Shown one piece after another: positions 56,601 to 64,000 of a stretch of 64,000 nucleotides of DNA. The translations under genes were made by a program, and so were the position numbers. The notes beneath the pieces are model-generated. The model did no database searches and was not told the origin of the DNA. It saw nothing but the letters and a program-made list of their open reading frames with translations. This stretch comes from Eledone cirrhosa (taxonomy: Eukaryota): the NCBI GenBank assembly GCA_964016885.1, contig OZ024740.1, positions 15,190,001 through 15,254,000 on the forward strand, in the 5' to 3' direction. Positions within the stretch are counted from its first letter, which is position 1. Every line of letters starts with the position of its first letter.

Positions 56601-59600
56601 AGGTGTGAAATATAGGATGTTTTAAACACCTTCATGGTTAAATTTCCCACTAAACAGAGGTGTGAAATATAGGATGTTTTAAACACCTTCATGGTTATAT
56701 TTCCCACTAAACAGAGGTGTGAAATATAGGATGTTTTAACACCTTCATGGTTATATTTCCCACTAAACAGAGGTGTGAAATATAGGATGTTGTAAACACC
56801 TTCATGGTTATATTTCCCACTAAACAGAGGTGTGAAATATAGGATGTTTTAAACACCTTCATGTTTATATTTCCCAGTAAACAGAGGTGTGAAATATAGG
56901 ATGTTGTAAACACCTTCATGGTTACATTTCCCACTAAACAGAGGTGTGAAATATAGGATGTTTTAAACACCTTCATGGTTATATTTCCCACTAAATAGAG
57001 GTGTGAAATATAGGATGTTTTAAACACCTTCATGGCTATATTTCCCACTAAACAGAGTTATGCAATATAGGATGTTTTAAACACATTCATGGTGATATTT
57101 CCCACTAAACAGAGGTGTGAAATATAGGATGTTTTAAACACATTCATGGTTATATTTCCCACTAAACTGAGGTGTGAAATATCGGATGTTTTAAACACCT
57201 TCATGGTTAAATTTCCCACTAAACAGAGGTGTGAAATATAGGATGTTTTAAACACCTTCATGGCTATATTTCCCACTAAACAGAGGTGAGGAATATAGGA
57301 TGTTTTAAACCCATTCATCGTTATATTTCACACTAAACAGAGGTGTGGAATATAGGATGCTTTAAACACCTTCATGGTTATATTTCCCACTAAACAGAGT
57401 TGTGAAATATAGGATGCTTTAAACACCTTCATGGTTATATTTCCCACTAAACAGAGGTGTGAAATATAGGATGTTGTAAACACCTTCATGGTTATATTTC
57501 CCACTACACAGAGGTGTGAAATATAGGATGTTTTAAACACCTTCATGATTATATTTCCCACTAAACAGAAGTGTGAAATATAGGATGTTTTAAACACCTT
57601 CATGGTTATATTTCCCACTACAAAGAGGTGTGAAATATAAGATGTTGTAAACACCTTCATGATTATATTTCCCACTAAACAGAGGTGTGAAATATAGAAT
57701 GTTTTAAATACCTTCATGGTTATATTTCCCAATAAACAGAGGTGTGAAATATAGGATGTTTTAAACACCTTCATGGCTATATTTCCCACTAAACAGAGGT
57801 GTGAAATATAGGATGTTTTAAACACCTTCATGGCTATATTTCCCACTAAACAGAGGTGTGAAATATAGGATGTTTTAAACACCTTCATGGTTATATTTCC
57901 CACTAAACTGAGGTGTGAAATATCGGATGTTTTAAACACCTTCATGGTTAAATTTCCCACTAAACAGAGGTGTGAAATATAGGATGTTTTAAACACCTTC
58001 ATGGCTATATTTCCCACTAAACAGAGGTGTGGAATATAGGATGTCTTAAACCCCTTCATGGTTATATTTCACACTAAACAGAGGTGTGGAATATAGGATG
58101 TTTAAAACACCTTCATGGTTATATTTCCCACTAAACAGAGGTGTGAAATATAGAATGTTTTAAATACCTTCATGGTTATATTTCCCAATAAACAGAGGTG
58201 TGAGATATAGGATGTTTTAAACACCTTCATGGTTATATTTCCCACTAAACAGAGGTGTGCAATATAGGATGTTTTAAACACCTTCATGGTTATATTTCCC
58301 ACTAAACTGAGGTGTGAAATATCGGATGTTTTAAACAACTTCATGGTTATATTTCCCACTAAACAGAGGTGTGAAATATAGGATGTTTTAAACACCTTCA
58401 TGGTTATATTTCCCACTAAACAGAGGTGTGAAATATAGGATGTTTAAAACACCTTCATGGTTATGTTTCCCACTAAACAGAGGTGTGAAATATAGGATGT
58501 TTTAACACCTTCATGGTTATATTTCCCACTAAACAGAGGTGTGAAATATAGGATGTTTTAAACACCTTCATGGTATTATTTCCCACTAAACAGAGGTGTG
58601 AAATATAGGATGTTTTAAACACCTTCATGATTATATTTCCCACTAAACAGAAGTGTGAAATATAGGATGTTTTAAACACCTTCATGGTTATATTTCCCAC
58701 TACAAAGAGGTGTGAAATATAGGATGTTGTAAACACCTTCATGATTATATTTCCCACTAAACAGAGGTGTGAAATATAGGATGTTGTAAACACCTTCATG
58801 ATTATATTTCCCACTAAACAGAGGTGTCAAATATAGAATGTTTTAAACACCTTCATGGCTATATTTCCCACTAAACAGAGTTGTGCAATATAGGATGTTT
58901 TAAACACATTCATGGTGATATTTCCCACTAGACAGAGGTGTGAAATATAGGATGTTTTAAACACATTCATGGTTATATTTCCCACTAAACTGAGGTGTGA
59001 AATATCGGATGTTTTAAACACCTTCATGGTTAAATTTCCCACCAAACAGAGGTGTGAAATATAGGATGTTTTAAACACCTTCATGGTATTATTTCCCACT
59101 AAACAGAGGTGTGAAATATAGGATGTTTTAAACACCTTCATGGCTATATTTCCCACTAAACAGAGGTGAGGAATATAGGATGTTTTAAACCCATTCATCG
59201 TTATATTTCACACTAAACAGAGGTGTGGAATATAGGATGCTATAAACACCTTCATGGTTATATTTCCCACAAAACAGAGGTGTGAAATATAGGATGCTTT
59301 AAACACCTTCATGGTTATATTTCCCACTAAACAGAGGTGTGAAATATAGGATGTTTTAAACACCTTCATGGTTATATTTCCCACTAAACAGAGGTGTGAA
59401 ATATAGGATGTTTTAAACACCTTCATGTTTATATTTCCCACTAAACAGAGGTGTGGAATATAGGATGTTTTAAACACCTTCATGGTTATATTTCCCACTA
59501 AACAGAGGTGTGAAATATAGGATGTTTTAACACCTTCATGGTTATATTTCCCACTAAACAGAGGTGTGAAATATAGGATGTTGTAAACACCTTCATGGTT

Positions 59601-62600
59601 ATATTTCCCACTACACAGAGGTGTGAAATATAGGATGTTGTAAACACCTTCATGATTATATTTCCCACTAAACAGAGGTGTGAAATATAGAATGTTTTAA
59701 ATACCTTCATGGTTATATTTCCCACTAAACAGAGGTGTGAAATATAGGATGTTTTAAACACCTTCATGATTATATTTCCCACTAAACAGAAGTGTGAAAT
59801 ATAGGATGTTTTAAACACCTTCATGGTTATATTTCCCACTACAAAGAGGTGTGAAATATAGGATGTTGTAAACACCTTCATGATTATATTTCCCACTAAA
59901 CAGAGGTGTGAAATATAGGATGTTGTAAACACCTTCATGATTATATTTCCCACTAAACAGAGGTGTCAAATATAGAATGTTTTAAACACCTTCATGGCTA
60001 TATTTCCCACTAAACAGAGTTGTACAATATAGGATGTTTTAAACACATTCATGGTGATATTTCCCACTAGACAGAGGTGTGAAATATAGGATGTTTTAAA
60101 CACATTCATGGTTATATTTCCCACTAAACTGAGGTGTGAAATATCGGATGTTTTAAACACCTTCATGGTTAAATTTCCCACCAAACAGAGGTGTGAAATA
60201 TAGGATGTTTTAAACACCTTCATGGTATTATTTCCCACTAAACAGAGGTGTGAAATATAGGATGTTTTAAACACCTTCATGGCTATATTTCCCACTAAAC
60301 AGAGGTGAGAAATATAGGATGTTTTAAACCCATTCATCGTTATATTTCACACTAAACAGAGGTGTGGAATATAGGATGCTATAAACACCTTCATGGTTAT
60401 ATTTCCCACTAAACAGAGGTGTGAAATATAGGATGCTTTAAACACCTTCATGGTTATATTTCCCACTAAACAGAGGTGTGAAATATAGGATGTTTTAAAC
60501 ACCTTCATGGTTATATTTCCCACTAAACAGAGGTGTGAAATATAGGATGTTTTAAACCCATTCATCGTTATATTTCACACTAAACAGAGGTGTGGAATAT
60601 AGGATGTTTTAAACACCTTCATGGTTATATTTCCCACTAAACAGAGGTGTGAAATATAGGATGTTTTAACACCTTCATGGTTATATTTCCCACTAAACAG
60701 AGGTGTGAAATATAGGATGTTGTAAACACCTTCATGGTTATATTTCCCACTAAACAGAGGTGTGAAATATAGGATGTTTTAAACACCTTCATGTTTATAT
60801 TTCCCAGTAAACAGAGGTGTGAAATATAGGATGTTGTAAACACCTTCATGGTTACATTTCCCACTAAACAGAGGTGTGAAATATAGGATGTTTTAAACAC
60901 CTTCATGGTTATATTTCCCACTAAATAGAGGTGTGAAATATAGGATGTTTTAAACACCTTCATGTCTATATTTCCCACTAAACAGAGTTATGCAATATAG
61001 GATGTTTTAAACACATTCATGGTGATATTTCCCACTAAACAGAGGTGTGAAATATAGGATGTTTTAAACACATTCATGGTTATATTTCCCACTAAACTGA
61101 GGTGTGAAATATCGGATGTTTTAAACACCTTCATGGTTAAATTTCCCACTAAACAGAGGTGTGAAATATAGGATGTTTTAAACACCTTCATGGCTATATT
61201 TCCCACTAAACAGAGGTGAGGAATATAGGATGTTTTAAACCCATTCATCGTTATATTTCACACTAAACAGAGGTGTGGAATATAGGATGCTTTAAACACC
61301 TTCATGGTTATATTTCCCACTAAACAGAGGTGTGAAATATAGGATGCTTTAAACACCTTCATGGTTATATTTCCCACTAAACAGAGGTGTGAAATATAGG
61401 ATGTTTTAAACACCTTCATGGTTATATTTCCCACTAAACAGAGGTGTGAAATATAGGATGTTTTAAACACCTTCATGGCTATATTTCCCACTAAACAGAG
61501 TTATGCAATATAGGATGTTTTAAACACATTCATAGTGATATTTCCCACTAAACAGAGGTGTGAAATATAGGATGTTTTAAACACATTCATGGTTATATTT
61601 CCCACTAAACTGAGGTGTGAAATATCGGATGTTTTAAACACCTTCATGGTTAAATTTCCCACTAAACAGAGGTGTGAAATATAGGATGTTTTAAACACCT
61701 TCATGGCTATATTTCCCACTAAACAGAGGTGAGGAATATAGGATGTTTTAAACCCATTCATCCTTATATTTCACACTAAACAGAGGTGTGAAATATAGGA
61801 TGTTTTAAACACCTTCATGGCTATATTTCCCACTAAACAGAGTTGTGCAATATAGGATGTTTTAAACACATTCATGGTGATATTTCCCACTAAACAGAGG
61901 TGTGAAATATAGGATGTTGTAAACACCTTCATGGTTATATTTCCCACTAAACAGAGGTGTGAAATATAGGATGTTTTAACACCTTCATGGTTATATTTCC
62001 CACTAAACAGAGGTGTGAAATATAGGATGTTGTAAACACCTTCATGGTTATATTTCCCACTACACAGAGGTGTGAAATATAGGATGTTTTAAACACCTTC
62101 ATGGCTATATTTCCCACTAAACAGAGGTGAGGAATATAGGATGTTTTAAACCCATTCATCCTTATATTTCACACTAAACAGAGGTGTGGAATATAGGATG
62201 CTTTAAACACCTTCATGGTTATATTTCCCACTAAACAGAGGTGTGAAATATAGGATGTTTTAACACCTTCATGGTTATATTTCCCACTAAACAGAGGTGT
62301 GAAATATAGGATGTTTTAAACACATTCATGGTTATATTTCCCACTAAACAGAGGTGTGAAATATAGGATGCTTTAAACACCTTCATGGTTATATTTCCCA
62401 CTAAACAGAGGTGTGAAATATAGGATGTTTTAAACACCTTCATGGTTATATTTCCCACTAAACAGAGGTGTGAAATATAGGATGTTTTAAACACCTTCAT
62501 GGTTATATTTCCCACTAAACAGAGGTGTGCAATATAGGATGTTTTAAACACCTTCATGGTTATATTTCCCACTAAACAGAGGTGTGAAATATAGGATGTT

Positions 62601-64000
62601 TTAACACCTTCATGGTTATATTTCCCACTAAACAGAGGTGTGAAATATAGGATGTTGTAAACACCTTCATGGTTATATTTCCCACTACACAGAGGTGTGA
62701 AATATAGGATGTTTTAAACACCTTCATGGCTATATTTCCCACTAAACAGAGGTGAGGAATATAGGATGTTTTAAACCCATTCATCCTTATATTTCACACT
62801 AAACAGAGGTGTGGAATATAGGATGCTTTAAACACCTTCATGGTTATATTTCCCACTAAACAGAGGTGTGCAATATAGGATGTTTTAAACACCTTCATGG
62901 TTATATTTCCCACTAAACAGAGGTGTGAAATATAGGATGTTTTAACACCTTCATGGTTATATTTCCCACTAAACAGAGGTGTGAAATATAGGATGTTGTA
63001 AACACCTTCATGGTTATATTTCCCACTACACAGAGGTGTGAAATATAGGATGTTTTAAACACCTTCATGATTATATTTCCCACTAAACAGAAGTGTGAAA
63101 TATAGGATGTTTTAAACACCTTCATGGTTATATTTCCCACTACAAAGAGGTGTGAAATATAAGATGTTGTAAACACCTTCATGATTATATTTCCCACTAA
63201 ACAGAGGTGTGAAATATAGAATGTTTTAAATACCTTCATGGTTATATTTCCCAATAAACAGAGGTGTGAAATATAGGATGTTTTAAACACCTTCATGGCT
63301 ATATTTCCCACTAAACAGAGGTGTGAAATATAGGATGTTTTAAACACCTTCATGGCTATATTTCCCACTAAACAGAGGTGTGAAATATAGGATGTTTTAA
63401 ACACCTTCATGGTTATATTTCCCACTAAACTGAGGTGTGAAATATCGGATGTTTTAAACACCTTCATGGTTAAATTTCCCACTAAACAGAGGTGTGAAAT
63501 ATAGGATGTTTTAAACACCTTCATGGCTATATTTCCCACTAAACAGAGGTGTGGAATATAGGATGTCTTAAACCCCTTCATGGTTATATTTCACACTAAA
63601 CAGAGGTGTGGAATATAGGATGTTTAAAACACCTTCATGGTTATATTTCCCACTAAACAGAGGTGTGAAATATAGAATGTTTTAAATACCTTCATGGTTA
63701 TATTTCCCAATAAACAGAGGTGTGAGATATAGGATGTTTTAAACACCTTCATGGTTATATTTCCCACTAAACAGAGGTGTGCAATATAGGATGTTTTAAA
63801 CACCTTCATGGTTATATTTCCCACTAAACTGAGGTGTGAAATATCGGATGTTTTAAACAACTTCATGGTTATATTTCCCACTAAACAGAGGTGTGAAATA
63901 TAGGATGTTTTAAACACCTTCATGGTTATATTTCCCACTAAACAGAGGTGTGAAATATAGGATGTTGTAAACACCTTCATGGTTACATTTCCCACTAAAC
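53700..64000. repeat. Array layer 4: shuffled short cassettes marked by GTGAGGAATA..AAACCCATTCATC, GATGCTTT, GTGTCAAA, GAGTT(A/G)TGC and GGTGATA
   Basis: 'MNGFK' units at 54471, 56464, 57318, 59198, 60337, 60565, 61248, 61761, 62159 and 62784 are absent from ORFs left of 54 kb. Block 54771-55853 is repeated at 62913-63995 with identical translation (offset 8142). Confidence 0.85.

Larger units (their letters stand above)
1..64000. repeat. 57-bp satellite DNA array, ~1123 head-to-tail monomers, truncated by both window edges
   Basis: A perfect consensus copy lies at 1141-1197, and the monomer recurs every 57 bp throughout. The last unit start is at 63991, i.e. 63990 = 1123x57 - 21, matching the net 21 one-base deletions I counted. 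The consensus is 19/57 G+C. Most monomers differ from consensus at 0-4 positions. No non-repeat sequence or orientation switch was seen. Confidence 0.99.

Noticed and set aside
774-63995. The many minus-strand ORFs as genes for a 19-aa repeat protein family
   Set aside because: 57 bp is exactly 19 codons. At this base composition a stop occurs in ~7.5% of random codons, so roughly 4 in 5 such monomers would have at least one of six frames open. ORF ends are set by point variants and 1-bp indels that are themselves amplified, visible variants are largely nonsynonymous, and there are no unique termini or intergenic sequence.
1-64000. CRISPR array (palindromic repeats, GAAA-like motif)
   Set aside because: There are no unique spacers: all 57 positions are conserved between units. 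No leader or cas genes are present.
1-64000. Telomerase-synthesised telomeric repeat or G-quadruplex array
   Set aside because: The unit is far longer than typical telomerase repeats, has only one GGG run per monomer on the minus strand, and variants are inherited in multi-kb duplicated blocks rather than templated anew.
1-64000. tRNA, 5S rRNA or snRNA tandem gene cluster
   Set aside because: The unit is too short, with no cloverleaf or recognisable A/B box and no similarity to RNA genes I can recognise.
1-64000. Pure sequencing or assembly artefact (rolling-circle or concatemer read)
   Set aside because: Variants form reproducible linked haplotypes and nested duplications with position-specific markers, which random error on one circular template would not generate. 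Individual near-identical duplications could still be misassembled.
1-64000. Integron attC array, iterons or DGR/shufflon-type cassette system; variant order as an encoded message
   Set aside because: There are no cassette ORFs, recombinase, reverse transcriptase or Rep gene. Variant order is adequately explained by duplication and unequal exchange, and substitutions are not adenine-specific.

Overview
The whole 64 kb window is one uninterrupted head-to-tail tandem array (satellite DNA) of a 57-bp, 33% GC monomer, consensus CCCACTAAACAGAGGTGTGAAATATAGGATGTTTTAAACACCTTCATGGTTATATTT. It holds about 1123 copies, all in one orientation, and runs off both window edges. I saw no unique sequence, transposon, RNA gene, CRISPR spacer or credible protein gene. 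The minus-strand ORFs (19-aa repeat MKVFKTSYISHLCLVGNIT) are best explained as a chance open frame of a 19-codon monomer. The informative structure lies at three levels. (1) Monomer: two adjacent imperfect inverted repeats, and an 11/12 match to the Brachyury/T-box half-site AGGTGTGAAATT, facing a degenerate inverted partner. (2) Linked variant haplotypes: these include a recurrent -1/+1 compensating indel pair. (3) Array: spatial layers with private marker variants and variable-length higher-order repeats (tandem duplications of 11, 16, 26, 34, 46-53 and 75/81 monomers). A eukaryotic heterochromatic or (peri)centromeric origin is an inference, and the host cannot be identified from this window. 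I cannot demonstrate a new biological system. The best testable hypothesis is a hairpin-prone satellite acting as a very dense T-box-motif array. All counts were made by eye, so breakpoints are approximate. 'Position n' refers to the consensus as written above.
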